Positions 26,460 to 39,849 of a DNA stretch of 64,000 nucleotides are shown in pieces. Under the pieces are notes generated by a model. The model was not told where the DNA came from, did no database searches, and was given only the letters and a program-made list of their open reading frames with translations. The DNA is taken from assembly GCA_964016885.1 (NCBI GenBank), contig OZ024742.1, positions 27,714,001 through 27,778,000 on the forward strand, read 5' to 3'. The DNA is from Eledone cirrhosa (Eukaryota). The translations under genes and the position numbers were made by a program. Every line of letters starts with the position of its first letter. Within the stretch, counting starts at the first letter, position 1.

Positions 26460-26974
26460 CACACATATATATATATATATATTCTATTTCTACACCATGA
26501 TATCAACCAACAAATATTAATGTTAGTGTAAAAGACATAAACAAAAACACAAAAGAAAGTAAATAAGTAAATAAATAAATACCCCCCCTCCTCCCGAAAC
26601 AAAAGCCAGCAACAACAACAGCAAGAACAGCAGCAGCAACAACAATGCTGTCCCCTTCTATATATTTGGCAGCCAATATTGAAAGTGATTCAATATTATG
26701 ACATCTGTATTATTCACTGTAACTGGCATTTGTGTGTTGAGTGTGGGGGGAGGCACAGTGACCAAAACCTTCACCCTTCTTTCCTCTGCCACCAGCTTCA
26801 TAAAATATTTGGTTTTTTTTTGTGTTTGTCTTGTTTTTTTATTTGTATCTCATTATATTTTGGAAAGATATAATCAAATAATCAGAATTGTAGCAGAAAT
26901 TGGTATTTTGCAGTGAGAAGAGAAGTGTTCAAGTCCGATATAGGTCAACTAAATACAGTAAAATACAGAAGTTT

Positions 26975-27570
26975 TAGTGTAAAGTTGTCATGTTGGTATC
27001 ATGACTAAAAGCACCCTGTCCATACTGTAAAGTGGTCATGCAGGTGTCACGATAAAAAGCAACCAGTGCACACTGTAAAGTGGTTATGTAGGTGTCACGA
27101 TAAAAAGAACCCAGTCCACATTGTAAAGTGGTTGTGTAGCTGTCGCAATAAAAAGTAACCAGTCCACACTGTAAAGTGGCCAAGTAGGTGTCACGATAAA
27201 AATCATCCAGTCCACACTGTAAAGTGGCCAAGTAGGTGCTATGATAAAAAGCACCCAGTCCACACTATAAAGGGGTCATGTAGGTGTCAAGATAAAAAGC
27301 ACTCAGTCCACACTGTAAAGTAGTCATGTAGGTGTTATGATAAAAAGCAACCAGTCCACACTGTAAATTGGTCATGTAGGTGTCACGATAAAAAGCAATC
27401 AGCCTACACTGTAAATAGTGTTGGTGTTAGGAAGAGCATCCAGCCATACAAACAAAACCAGAAACAGTTCTGTATGAGCAAGACACTGTCACCTGACCTA
27501 ACTTGTCTCAAATTGAACAACTCATCTAACCCATGCCAGCATGGTGAATGGATGTTAAACAATGATGGTG
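26975..27570 (+). repeat. RTE 3'-end derivative with about 10 tandem 48-bp units
   Basis: GTAAAGTGGTCATGTAGGTGTCACGATAAAAAGCAACCAGTCCACACT at a 48-bp period (27027, 27075, 27123, 27171...), then GGTGTTAGGAAGAGCATCC and AACCCATGCCAGCATGG. Confidence 0.85.
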
Positions 27571-27742
27571 AGGAGAATCCTGTAAACATTATTATAGTTT
27601 TACAACAAATGTTTTATACAGTTGGAGACAGTTGCGTCTGACAGGACCTGCTGGAATGAGTGTTTGAGGACTCTGCCCCAATGACCCTCTCAGGAAAGAG
27701 GGGAGGAGGAGAAGAAGGAGAAGTCTATATATATATATATAT

Positions 27743-28138
27743 ATATATTAGTAAAAGGAAAAGAAAATGCTGACAAATTTTTCCCAGTGAAAAATAGTTT
27801 AATTAGGAATAAGTATAAATTAGTAATAAGTATTGGTTAGTATTCAGTTTTAGTTTTAAGTTCTTACTGCTTGCGCATTTCTAATGCTTTTCAAAAATAA
27901 TTTTGAGATAGAGCGCCCGTGACGTTTCAAACATCACGGGCGCTCTATCTCAAAATTATTTTTGAAAAGCATTAGAAATGCGCAAGCAGTAAGAACTTAA
28001 AACTAAAACTGAATACTAACCAATACTTATTACTAATTTATACTTATTCCTAATTAAACTATTTTTCACTGGGAAAAATTTGTCAGCATTTTCTTTTCCT
28101 TTTACTAATATATCACAACTCGTGTGTTACACCTCTAT

Positions 28139-28144
<6 letters not shown>
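27743..28144. mobile_element. Fold-back element: 180-bp inverted arms (27743-27922 / 27934-28113) plus 31-bp tail; decayed HHR-like core
   Basis: Arms read as exact reverse complements; TTGAAAA-GCATT-AGA-AATGC-GCAA-GC-AGTA-AGA at 27962-27994. Confidence 0.75.
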
Positions 28145-28192
<48 letters not shown>

Positions 28193-28324
28193 CCCACTAA
28201 ATATTAACACTTCGAATATTTAATACTGCCGGCACTTGTATCGAGCACCTTTGGCATACGCTACTTGGCAAATAACTATATGTATCACCTATCCCCCCTT
28301 TTTTTCTCTTTCTCGATACGTAAA

Positions 28325-28368
<44 letters not shown>

Positions 28369-29319
28369 AAGCTTCAGTCATTTCTTTTCAGTAGCTTGAT
28401 ATTTGAGATAGTATAATGTAAGAAATATTTTGTTAGGTTGAAATTAATATGTAAGAACTATTAATCAGAATGTAATTAATACATTAGAATTATTTTTTAC
28501 ATAGTAATTAATATGATAGAACTGTTTGTTACACAGTAATTAATATGTTAGAACCGCTCATTAAATATAGAAATGTCTAGGATCATTTATTGTTAAAGAG
28601 ATTCTAATTTTTCGGTCTATTAACTTTAGTAATTATTATCCTCAGTAATGAAACATTGTTTTAACATTTATATTTACACTCAGTACAGTGTGTCAAGGGT
28701 TGAATGGATGGGAGATTTATTTTATTTAGGGTAGAAAAACAAAGGTTATATAGTCGAATCAAGTCTGGTACTATGTATGTGTATATGTCTGTATGTATTT
28801 CAAGATTTATCAAGATCAGACAACTCAGGCTGTTGAAGCTACACTGAAATTAAGGAGCAATTTATGCGGACAACATTTTAAAGTATGTCTGGTCCAGAAA
28901 GCCACATAGGTTCTCATGCCAGAACTGAGCTTCATGTACATTGAGGCAGTCAAGTTTTGTGTTGAGCAGACAACCATCATGTATGTAGTTACGTTAATCA
29001 CCTGAAGTCACATGACAGGACAACCACCCTCCACACTACTCAACAAAGACCTGGTGATATGCAACCAAGTGCATAGAACTTGTTCCTTACTAAAAAAAAA
29101 CAAAAAAACACATGGTGATACATAAAGACTGTATCTCACAAAATGACCCCTCCAATCCTGTGGAAAGCACAATCCTCTTCTGTCACCTGTGATGTAAAAA
29201 CATGCAGATGTGCAGCTGATCTACAAAGTCATCTACGGAGTCATGGAGGTGGATGGGATGACAATGAAGAATCAATAAGAGACAGCAATCATTTGTGAAG
29301 ACACTGCAATCATCGTGTA

Positions 29320-29650
29320 TGTATGTATGTGTGTAAGCAATGCCCTGGTGAATCTCTCGAAACAATCAGAGTCTCCATTGAATTGGTGTGTGCTGAGTGT
29401 GGAAAGATTTGCTTGAGCAAATCTGGTCTCAGGAGCCACAGTCGCAGCCATGCTCAGAGAGAACCAGTGAACTATGATCTCCATGGTATTGTGAAGCTTC
29501 ACAGGCAACCTGATGGAAGACCTGAGGCCAGGGTGATCCATAGTTGTCATCAATGTGCAAAGGAGTGCAAGTGTCTAGCAGTCTCTAGCGTCACACATCT
29601 GAATCTGACAAGCAAATGCTATACTCTTAGCAGATTTTGCAGCCATCATA
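29320..29650 (+). pseudogene. Decayed C2H2 zinc-finger-bearing fragment, probably an RTE C-terminus
   Basis: CAECGKICLSKSGLRSHSRSH plus broken CxxC motifs; no TGEKP linkers. Confidence 0.45.
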
Positions 29651-29885
29651 TGTATGTATGTGTATATATATATATGTATGTATAGACACATAGCTCCTGG
29701 TGGATTCATAGGGGCACCTTAGTGACATATGGTGTATCTTGTACATTTGAACCTAGTGGAGCCCACCTCTCTCCAGCCAATAAAAACAGCCAATATGTAG
29801 AAAGGGAAAGAGAATGAGAGAAAAAAGAAGTATTGCCTGATGCTCTACTTATCCTAGTAATCCACTGCCCATAAATAATAAATAA

Positions 29886-31190
29886 TAATGGTTTCTGATT
29901 TAGGCACAAGGTCAACAATTTTAGGTGGTGGGAAAAATCGATTGGATCGGCTCCCAGTACATTACAGGTGCATTATTTTATTGACCTTGGTGGATTGGCA
30001 GTATCGGTAGAGGGTCAGACGCCATGCTTTGACGCATAGAGTTACGCCCCTTGCCATTCAGAGTTCAAATCCCGCCGAGGTTAACTTTGCCTTTCATCCT
30101 TACGGGGTCAATAAAATAAAGTACCAGTAATGCACTGGGTAATTACTGGCCTTGTGCCAAAAGTAGAAACAATTATTTTATTGACCTTGTAAGGATGGAT
30201 GAAAGACAAAGCTAACCTTGGAAAGATTTGAACACAGAAATTAAAGGGCCAAAACTATGCTGCAATGCATGTTGTTCAATGTTCCACAGTTACTGTCAGT
30301 CCACAGCCTTCCACTAATAAAGGTTTATGGTTACGGCCCTTAATGCTCTGAGTTCAAATCCTGCCAAAGTTAGTTTTGCCTTTCGTCCTTACAGGGTCAA
30401 TAAAATAAAGTACCAGTAACACACTGGGGTCGATTTAATCAACTTTCTCTTCCTCCGAAATGTTTGGCATTGTGTCTAAATCAGATACCTTTATTAAAGA
30501 CAGTGGATTGGCAGTATCACTAGAACATTGAACAGCATGCTTTGTGACATAATTACATCCTTTTACATTCTGAGTTCAAATCACACAAAGGTTAACTTTG
30601 CCTTTCATCCTTACAGGATTGATAAAATAAAGTACCAATAATGCACTAGGGTCAATTTAATCGACTTTCCCTCCCCACAAATTGTTGCCATTGTGCCTAC
30701 ATCAGGAATCATTATTTATGAGTTCAAATCCCGCCGAGGTTAACTTTGCCTTTCATCCTTACGGGGTCGATAAAATAAAGTACCAGTAATGTACTGGGTA
30801 ATTGCTGGCCTTGTGCCAAAAGTAGAAACAATTATTTATGAGTTCAAATCCTGCCAAAGTTAGTTTTGCTTTTCATCCTTACAGGGTCAATAAAATAAAG
30901 TACCAATAACACACTGGGGTTGATTTAATCAATTTTTCCTTCCCTTAAAATAGTTGGCCTTGTGCCTAAATTATAAACCATTATTTACTAAAGCAAGGGC
31001 GGTGGATTGGCAGTATCGGTAGAGAGTCGGACGCCATGCTTTCCAGCATAGTTACGTCCCTTTACGATCTGCGTTCAAATCCCGCCGAGGTTGACTTTGC
31101 CTTTCATCCTTACGGGGTCGATAAAATAAAGTACCAGTAATGCACTGGATAATTGCTGGCCTTGTGCCAAAAAGTAGAAACAATTATTTA
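29886..31190 (+). mobile_element. Cluster of about 8 Nin/Deu-domain-like SINE copies (mostly plus; one minus copy split by a plus copy)
   Basis: Repeated GAGTTCAAATCCCGCCGAGGTTAACTTTGCCTTTCATCCTTACGGGGTCGATAAAATAAAGTACCAGT; full copy at 30996-31188. Confidence 0.88.
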
Positions 31191-31984
31191 CTAAAGCATC
31201 TCAAAGTTCTTTGTTTTGAAACTTAATTGAATCACACTGGCATTCAGAGATTTCTTCTTAGAAATATGGTAATGGAAGTTTTTAGCATTACTCCAAGAAT
31301 TTAGGAGAATCAACAAAGACTCCATCATTTTCTAATTGCCAAACTATAACATTTTTTTGCTGGCTTTTTAAAATTTTTTTTCTTTTCATCTTCATTCAAC
31401 AGAAAATGATAGTAATTGTTGATTTAGCATAGACTCAGACAGACATGCACACTGAGGCATAAACATACAGAGGCACACACATACACATATATACATAGAG
31501 GAATGCAGATATACACTGACACACACATTGACATAGAGATAGACAGACACACTCATAGACACACAGAGACATACACACTCATAGACACACCGACACACAC
31601 ACTGACACACAGTAACATACAAAGTGACATAGAATCAGACAGACACTCATAGACACACAGAGAATACACACAAGTACACACACACACACACGCACACACA
31701 TACATACACACACTGACACACACACAGTGCCACACAAAGAGGCATAGCAGACAGACATACAGATAAATGCATACAGATATATATAGGAGTACACAGAGTC
31801 ATACAGTGATATATATACACACATACAGAAAAACACAAAATCACACTGTGGTGCACACACCCATACACACACATATAAAGATACAGACTCATGAAGAACA
31901 GTCTCAAATATTTACACACTCATATACAGGTTAACACATACACATGGCAACACATATATACATGTTCAGAAACACATATGCAGC

Positions 31985-32278
31985 TATCTCTTGGTTGTCC
32001 ATCGTAAACGATGATGACATCTTCTTTATTTTAGTTCCCATCTGCCATGGGCACGAAGGTGGCTGTGGAGGCCGATCCTTGACTTGCAGGTCCGGGGCAG
32101 GGGAAGAGACCGGAGTCGCTTGGGGCAGCTGTTGATGCCTTTCTCCTCCTTTCACGGGCCTCAGTGACCTCTGTCGCTTTCGTTTTCCCGAACAGAGTTC
32201 CCCAAACATCAGTTGCTTCAAAAGCCTGTGATCGTCCATCCAGATGACATGTTCCACCCATCGAAGTTGGCTCTTCAT
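31985..32278 (-). mobile_element. 3' fragment of a BovB-like RTE LINE
   Basis: QLRWVEHVIWMDDHRLLKQLMFGELCSGKR and a frameshifted C-terminal FPCP..CKSRIGLHSHLRAH zinc finger. Confidence 0.75.
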
Positions 32279-32289
32279 ATATATATATA

Positions 32290-32590
32290 TACATGTTTAC
32301 ACACACACATGAAGCTACACACTTATATACACACAAACACATATGCAGCTTCACGCATATATACAGGTTAAAACACACACATATGCAGCTACACACACAC
32401 ATATATACAGGTTAAGACACACACATCTGCAGCTACACACACACATATATACAGGTTAAGACACACACATCTGCAGCTACACACATATATATAAGTTAAC
32501 ACACATCTGCAGCAATACACACATATATACAGGTTAACACACACATCTGCAGCTACACACACATATATACAGGTTAATACACACATGGCA
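32290..32590 (+). repeat. ~36-42-bp minisatellite ACACATCTGCAGCTACACACACATATATACAGGTTA
   Basis: About 7 variable copies seen directly. Confidence 0.8.
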
Positions 32591-33358
32591 ATATATAATA
32601 TATATATTAACACACACACACAGAAGCAGATGCTTTCATAGCAACACAATACATGTACATAAATACAACCCACTGCTAAATTCAATTAATTTTATTTGTT
32701 ATAATGATACCTTTAGGTTCTCATAGTTATACTTTTTACCTTATATGGGAATAAACAGATATATTAGACTCTGCACTCTCAGCTAATATATTGAGCACTT
32801 TTATATCATTGATAAATACAAAATAAAATTACAAACCATATCTATATAGAGATAAGCACAGACTACTTTATATATATATTGAGTATCTTTTTTAACTGTG
32901 GTCATTTTCTGACCACCACCCGGAATCCATCTTTATATAACTCCAGCCAATTCGACAGCTAGAACTGAACTGGCTGTTTGGATCTAGCTGCCGAAACAGC
33001 CAGAGCTCAGCCATTAGGGGACCTGAATATTTTCATATTCCCCACTCTACTACACCAAATATCGAGTACTCTGGTGGGTTATGGTCTTCCTGTTTTTTTA
33101 CCACACCCTATCATATATATATATATGTTATAACAAGCTGCAAAACTGACTTCCTATAGTCACTCTTTCTCTTTCTCTATATATGTATATGTTATAACAA
33201 GCTGGAAATATGACTTCCTATTCTCACTCTTTCTTTCTCTCTCTCTATATATATATATATAGTGGTGGAACACTGGAAGGTAATATCCGTAGTGATAGAG
33301 CACTCTGACCAAGGGACGAGTTAGGTAGAAGTGGTTACACAACAGTTAGTTCACCATA

Positions 33359-33398
33359 CCGAGAACAATTGCTTCACCTTCGCGGATCTTCAGCTCGG
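33359..33398 (-). ncRNA. Minimal type I HHR, mirror copy (GAAG core variant, 5-bp stem I CCGAG/CTCGG)
   Basis: Reverse complement reads CCGAG-CTGAAGA-TCCGCGAAGGT-GAAG-CAATTGTT-CTCGG. Confidence 0.55.
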
Positions 33399-33876
33399 GA
33401 TGTGTATGGTTATAGGAACAGGAAGGACAACCGTACGAACGCGCATGCGCAGAAACTCGATCACTTCACACAGGCAATACTAGACTGCGTGCGGGGGTGG
33501 GGGTGTAAGGGAGATAACTGCGAAAGTCCGGAAAGTTTTTTGGTTGAAAATAAAATAAAAAAATTAAAAATAAAATTACAAAGAATCAGTCCGGAGCCTT
33601 GTAGTTATGTGACGTGTGGACAACGTGTGAACAATTCACTTCTCGTGTTTAGGCAATCACTATTGCGTAATCTCTTTAGGATAGTTATTCGTTCGTCTTT
33701 TTTAACCTAAAAAGATTACACAATAGTGATTGCCTAAACACGAGAAGTGAATTTTTCACATGTTATCTCCCTTACAACCCCCGCACGCAGTCTAGTATTG
33801 CCTGTAAAGTGACCGAGTTTCTGCACATGCGCGTTCGTACGGTTGTTCTTCCTGTTCCTATAATCATACACATCCC

Positions 33877-33912
33877 GAGCTGAAGATCCGCGAAGGTGAA
33901 ACAATTGTTCTC
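33877..33912 (+). ncRNA. Minimal type I hammerhead ribozyme
   Basis: GAG-CTGAAGA-T-CC-GCGAA-GG-T-GAAA-C-AATT-GTT-CTC; palindromic AACAATTGTT stem III. Confidence 0.7.
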
Positions 33913-33964
33913 AATATGGTGAACTAACTGTTGTGTAACCACTTCCATATATATATATATATAT

Positions 33965-34349
33965 ATCATCATCATCATTTTACGTCCGCTTTTCCCTGCT
34001 TGCAAGGGTGGGACGGGAACTGATTTTGGCTTGATTTCTACAGGTCGATGCCCTTCCTAACACCAACCTCATTTACAGTGAGTGCTGGGTGCTTTTTTTC
34101 CCGTGGCGCCTACACTTCCACTTTAGAGTGTGGGCTGGGCGCTTTTTTCCCGTGGCACCTCCACGACCACTTTGCAGTGGAATGATAGGGAACCCTGTCC
34201 TATCATCTCATTTCTACAGCTGAGTAAACTGGAGCAATGTGAAATAAAGTGTCTTGCTCAAGGAAACAACGCATCACCCGGTCTGAGAATTGAACTCATA
34301 ACCTTTCGATTGCAAAGCCAATGCTCTAACCACTAAGCCAAGTGCCTCC
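33965..34349 (-). mobile_element. tRNA-headed SINE with RTE 3' end, carrying one extra 48-bp module
   Basis: Matches 8183-8524 with a duplicated GGGCGCTTTTTTCCCGTGGCACC unit. Confidence 0.85.
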
Positions 34350-34729
34350 ATATATATATATGATAACAACAACAAAAATTAATAAAATTAGGATAATTGA
34401 CAATAGAAGACAATGAATAAAAACAAGGTAGAACAAGAAAAATTGCTTCAAAGGGGAAAACTTAAAGAGATTTTTTTTTTTTTAAATAAAGACAAATGAA
34501 AGTCACAAAACTCTAAAGACTTCTGTTATTGAGATGGACTTTGGCAGTTTTGACCCTTACCATTGTTAATGCTGTCCACCTGGTATCACAGCATCTGATT
34601 AACAAGCCAAAGAACTGTCCAGTGGAGTTCTGTGACTTTTGTTTGTCTTTTTATTTTCAAAATAATATATATATATATATCATCATCATCATCATCTTCG
34701 TCTAATGTCCATCTTCGACGCTAGCATAT

Positions 34730-34845
34730 ATATGTAAAAGGTAAACAGAAATAACAACACAATCGGTACAGTATATATTATGTTAATGCTTGAAATAACA
34801 GGAAGAGGGTCTTAACGTTTCGGACGCTAGTTCTTTATCAGATTT
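34730..34845 (-). mobile_element. Short PLE-pLTR-like element with HHR-like core
   Basis: Reverse complement TCTGATAAAGAACTAGCGTCCGAAACGTTAAGACCC, same family as 49408. Confidence 0.55.
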
Positions 34846-35756
34846 ATATATATAATCTCTCTTCTGCACTCAGTAGATTGTGTGACTGTACGTAAGTGAG
34901 ATGCAGATCCCTGTCCTGCTTTGGAGATCAGTAGTCCTGCTTCAGTACTGACTTGGTCTATGTAGACCCATCCAAACCTTTCTTACAAAGAAAGTGGATG
35001 TTAAAATGGACAAAGCTTAACTGTAGGGCAGATAATCCTTTTGATAATTTACAGATAGATAGACATACAGACAGACAAATAGACAAACAACAGATAGAGA
35101 GACAAACAGACAGATAGATCGATAGATTGACAGACATGCCGTCTGATAACCAGCAATGAAGTACAGAGGAATTGATAGAAAAACTGGACATAAGAGGAAT
35201 CAGATGCAGTGTACAAGAACATATTTGCAGACCTATGACAGGATATGTTACTATGGTATAGAGATCTCTCACCAACCAAATGCTCTAGCTCTATAGGAAG
35301 CGAAAGGAATGAAAGAAGAAAGAATGTGTATAGCAGTGCAGTAATTAGCACCGAAAATTAATTAATTAATTATAGAATCACTACACAACATTCATATAAA
35401 GAAAGATATAATGTGAACTTGAAAGTGTTTTAGACGAAAGCATTGTATACCTAACAAAACACAAACAGTTAATACTAACTACAAAGTCATGAAACAGAAA
35501 ATTATTGATGATGTGAAGAAAGAAATAGAATTTAGTACCTAGACTATGTTAATTAGTAAAGAAAAACAAAAAATTAGTTTCAGCTCACAGACACTGAAAA
35601 ATAAATAGCTGGTTTAAAATAAATATTAATAAATCGTTTTATTTTCCAAAAATGAACAGAAAACTATTCTGAAACAATATTAGATTAATTCTGAATAAAA
35701 CAACAACAAAGAAAACAAAAAAACAAACAAAAAAAAAACAGGAATATAAGAATATG

Positions 35757-35811
<55 letters not shown>

Positions 35812-36600
35812 TTCTTTCTTTTTTTGTTTGTAGAATGTTTATCTTGGTGATAGTTTCAAGCTATGTAGGTTATCTAATTTACATTAGTTCATCTCAAAAT
35901 ACATATTTAGAATATTTAGTTGAATGTCTAATATATTTACTTCTACTCTACCTCTTGTCTTTTATACACCTATCAAACTTTCAACTGTGCACTTTCAACA
36001 AACTGCTTACTATATAATAACACCATTGGTGATGATGATTTATAAACATATAAAATGCCAACAGCATCTACATGCCCCCTCAACACACTCATACAAGTCT
36101 TTATTTTTGTCTATCCAATCTTCTTTTCTCCCCATAACTACATCAGGTATTATACTGAACTTACAACATCCTAAAGTTCACATCACCTTTATAAAGCTTC
36201 TGCTAAGTATTTCCATTCTGCATCCCCATCATTCCACCAGTCAAACACCAACTCCAATATATTCACTCACCAAATAAATTAGCTGCCACCTCTATTGTCA
36301 TATATGTTAGCATGATTAACTGAGGGTTTGTTTCTTTGTTTGAAAGTCGTGAGTTCCATCCTACTGTGTGGCATCTTCAGCATTTATCTTTTACTATAAG
36401 TTTGGGTTGGGGAGGTACATTGCCTAGTGGTATGGGTGCTGGATTTATGATGATAATGTTGGGGGTTCATATATGTTCAAGAAAAAGGGGAAGGTACCTT
36501 TCAAAGCAGACACTTCAAATCTAAAAAATATTATATCATAATATCATACCATTACAACAGGTGATGTCTCATTATGGCTGTGTTTTATCATATATATATA

Positions 36601-38600
36601 TCATGTCATCATCATCATCATCATCAACGTTTAACGTCCGTGTTCCACGCTTGCATGGGTTTGGACGGGGGTTTTCCCACTTGAGGCAAGAGTGATTGTC
36701 TTGCTCGCATAGGACTGTCTGGCGGGTTTTCTACAGCTGGATGCCCTTCCTAACACCAACCACATTTACAGTGTGGGGCTGGGAGGTTTTTATCGTGTTG
36801 CCTACACTGCCACATTACAGCGTGGACTGTGTGTTTTTTTGTCGTGACACCTACACGATCTCATTTGTTTCGGCCTGGATGTTGTGGCACCAACATAACT
36901 TTACATTGAAAGGGGCGGTGTGGATGGGGTGGGGGTGGTGGGACGGGGGTGTATTTTGTTAGAGATGCCTACTGACTGTAGTAGGTTTTACTTTGTATTT
37001 AGGTAAGGCAGGTCTTCTCTATTACTGAGTACTGCCAAAGGTCTCGGTCCAGTGACATTGTCTTGGAGAGGTGTAAGTGTGTGAGGTCGGAATTTATCAG
37101 CTCGTCCCAGGTTTTTCTGGGTCTGCCTACTCCGTAGCTACCGTCTATCTTTATTGCCCTGCACCCTGTTATACAGCTGTCGTCTTTCATGCGCATCACG
37201 TGACCATACCAACGTAGCCTTCTCTCAAGTAAACAACATCTGATCCCTCTTATTTCTAATTTTTTCCTTAGTTCGCTTATGCTTTGCCGTTCACGTATGT
37301 TACTATTACACATCCAGTGGAGCATGCAAGCTTCGTTCCTCTCTAGTCTGCGTATATCCTCTGCACACAATGCCCAGGTCTCACTGCCATGCAACATTGC
37401 TGTTCGTATGCAGGCATCATACAACCTGCCTTTCATTTTTAGGGAGAACCCTTTAGTGGCTAATAGTGGTATAAGCTCTCTGAACTTTTTCCATCCAGTT
37501 CTGACTCTAGCTACTGTACTTTCAGAGCACCCTCCCCCACTGCTGATTTTGTCACCCAGGTAACGGAAGCTGTCCACTATTTCTATAGAACCCTCTGCGC
37601 AATTGAAAGAGCTAGTATTTTGTGGGCACTTGCTGCTAATTATTGCACCAGAGCACCGGCCACATGTAAAATCTATGTTCTTAGTTAGCTTACCTGTGAT
37701 CCCACTACATCTTTTATGCACCCATACTTTGCATTTGGGACATAAAATGTAGTTTCTACCTACGCCTTTCCTACACACTGAGCATGGCCATTTCCCGGAA
37801 GGGACCGCCGCCTTATTTTCTTTCCTACAAACTAGATCTTTAGTCTTAGCCAGGTTAATTTTAAGGCCTTTTGATTCTAGGCCGTGCTTCCATGTTTGGA
37901 ATTTCTTCTCTAGCTCGGCCATTGATTAAGCTATGAGCGTTAGATCATCTGCGTATAGGAGTTCCCATGGGCAGCCGGTCTTGAACTCCACTGTTATAGC
38001 CTGAAGGGCAATAATAAATAGTAGGGGGCTAAGAACAGAGCCCTGATGAACACCAACTTTTACACTAAACTCTTCACTATATTCGTTGTTAATTCTAACC
38101 TTGCTGACTGTTTCTTTATACATGGCTTGTATAGCTCTCACAAGCCATTCCCCAACACCTAGTTTTCTAAGAGCCCACCAGATAATGGAACGGGGGACTC
38201 TGTTGAAGGCTTTCTCCGAGTCAACAAAAGCTAAGTATAGGGGTTTACTTTTAGCTAGGTACTTCTCCTGTAGTTGTCGTACAATGAAAAGAGCGTCTGT
38301 GGTACTTTTGCCTGACACAAAACCGAACTGCATTTCATCTAGATCAATTCTCTCTCTGATTAGTTGCGCTATAACTTTTTCCGTGACCTTCATGACCTGG
38401 TCGATTAATTTAATGCCTCTATAGTTACTCCTATCTAGGGCATCTCCTTTACCCTTGTAACAGTTAATGATGATGCTGCTACGCCAGTCCTTCGGAACAA
38501 CCCCATTCTGTATGACTTGGTTTACTATCCGGGTGACCATGGTATGTCCCACCATTCCAGAGGCTTTAGGCATCTCAGCAACTATTTCCGAAGGCCCAGC
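36601..38600 (-). mobile_element. 5'-truncated RTE-PHD LINE with one nonsense codon (37926)
   Basis: ORFs 37926-38573 and 36999-37922 are in the same frame: GVHQGSVLSP, LLYADD, PHD finger, FRYLG; 3'UTR and (CAT)n. Confidence 0.93.
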
Positions 38601-39059
38601 ATATATAGAAATGGCTTCTACAGGACTAGAACTGTTTCATTCAAAAGAAATCACCAGGAAAGCCCGGTGATTTCTTTTGAATTAAGAGGTTCTAGTTCTA
38701 TAGGCACCATTTCTATATTAAACATGATGTTTATACATTACTAATGTATTGAGTACCTTCCTTACTATAGTTATACCCAACTGAACCTGGGATTCACTCA
38801 CACACATATCATTTATGTTCACTCATTACTTAAGTATTTCTTGTTCTGTTAAAGTTCTTGACAAAATGTTTAGCTGTACCCAACTGTTGACAGTGATATA
38901 TGTGCAGGGTGTGATGTGTTAGGGTGGTGGTGGAGTATAAACCAGGTGATATTGAATTTTCTGTGTTCATTATTTTGCTTATGACATTTTGGGAATAAGT
39001 TATATTTTTACATTTACATCTTCAGTTCAGTATTCGTGTCAGTCCTTATCTATGGTCAT

Positions 39060-39225
39060 GGATCTTATGTAATAACTGAAAGAATACAATCGCCAATACA
39101 TGCAGCCGAATTGGGGTTCCCCCGAAAAGTCTTTGGAATAACATTACTAATAGAGTACGTAGCTTGAAAATTAGAGAGTCACTCCAGGTAGAGTTGCTAC
39201 TTCTCTGAATTGAGAGATCACACGA
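39060..39225 (+). mobile_element. Decayed RTE (Expander-like) fragment, followed by (GAA)n at 39230-39358
   Basis: TERIQSPIHAAELGFPRKVFGITL..RVRSLKIRESLQVE. Confidence 0.5.
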
Positions 39226-39504
39226 ATTGGAAGAAGAAGAAGAAGAAGAAGAAGAAGAAGAAGAAGAAGAAAAAAGAAAAGAAGAAGAAGAAGAAGAAGA
39301 AGAAGAAGAAGAAGAAAAAAAAAGAAAAAGAAGAAGAAAAAGAAAAGAAGAAGAAGAAGTTACATTTTTATATTTAAAGTTACATTTTCAAATGGATTAG
39401 CAGTCAACGGACGAGTCAGTCTCCTGAGTAGTGATGTCACAAGGAAATACATTTAGTACCCACACACACTGTAAAATGATGAAACTTAGATAAGCACCGA
39501 CTTA

Positions 39505-39849
39505 ATCATCATCATCATCATTTCATTTTACGTCCGCTTTTTCCCTGCTTGCAAGGGTGGGACGGGAACTGATTCTGGCTTGATTTCTACAGCTGGATGC
39601 CTTTCCTAACACCAACCTCATTTACAGTGAATGCTGGGTGCTTTTTTGCCATGGCACCTCCACGACCACTTTGCAGTGGAATGATATGGACCTCAGTCCC
39701 TATCATCTCATTTCTACAGCTGAGTAAACTGGAGCAATGTGAAATAAAGTGTCTTGCTCAAGGAAACAACACATCACCCGGTCTGAGAATTGAACTCACA
39801 ACCTTTCGATTGCAAGGCCAATGCTCTAACCACTAAGCCATGTGCCTTC
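39505..39849 (-). mobile_element. tRNA-headed SINE with RTE 3' end
   Basis: Near-identical to 8183-8524. Confidence 0.88.

Larger units (their letters stand above)
33261..33946. mobile_element. Head-to-head inverted HHR-bearing element (arms 33328-33680 / 33706-33945; right arm lacks ~100 bp)
   Basis: Imperfect inverted arms with an HHR in each; left arm has an extra ~67-bp tail; flanked by TA. Confidence 0.8.

Noticed and set aside
26975-27415. Regular 48-bp periodicity resembling a CRISPR array
   Set aside because: Whole units are repeated with no unique spacers, the unit is homologous to the RTE 3'UTR, and there are no cas genes
29323-29685. Possible host C2H2 zinc-finger gene
   Set aside because: A single intact finger of retroelement type, no TGEKP linkers or exon structure, and decayed surroundings
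32940-33112. Overlapping hairpins CAGCTAGA/TCTAGCTG and CTGGCTGTTT/AAACAGCCAG with a GAAAC
   Set aside because: No CTGANGA box found, so no ribozyme can be called; possibly a rearranged pLTR remnant
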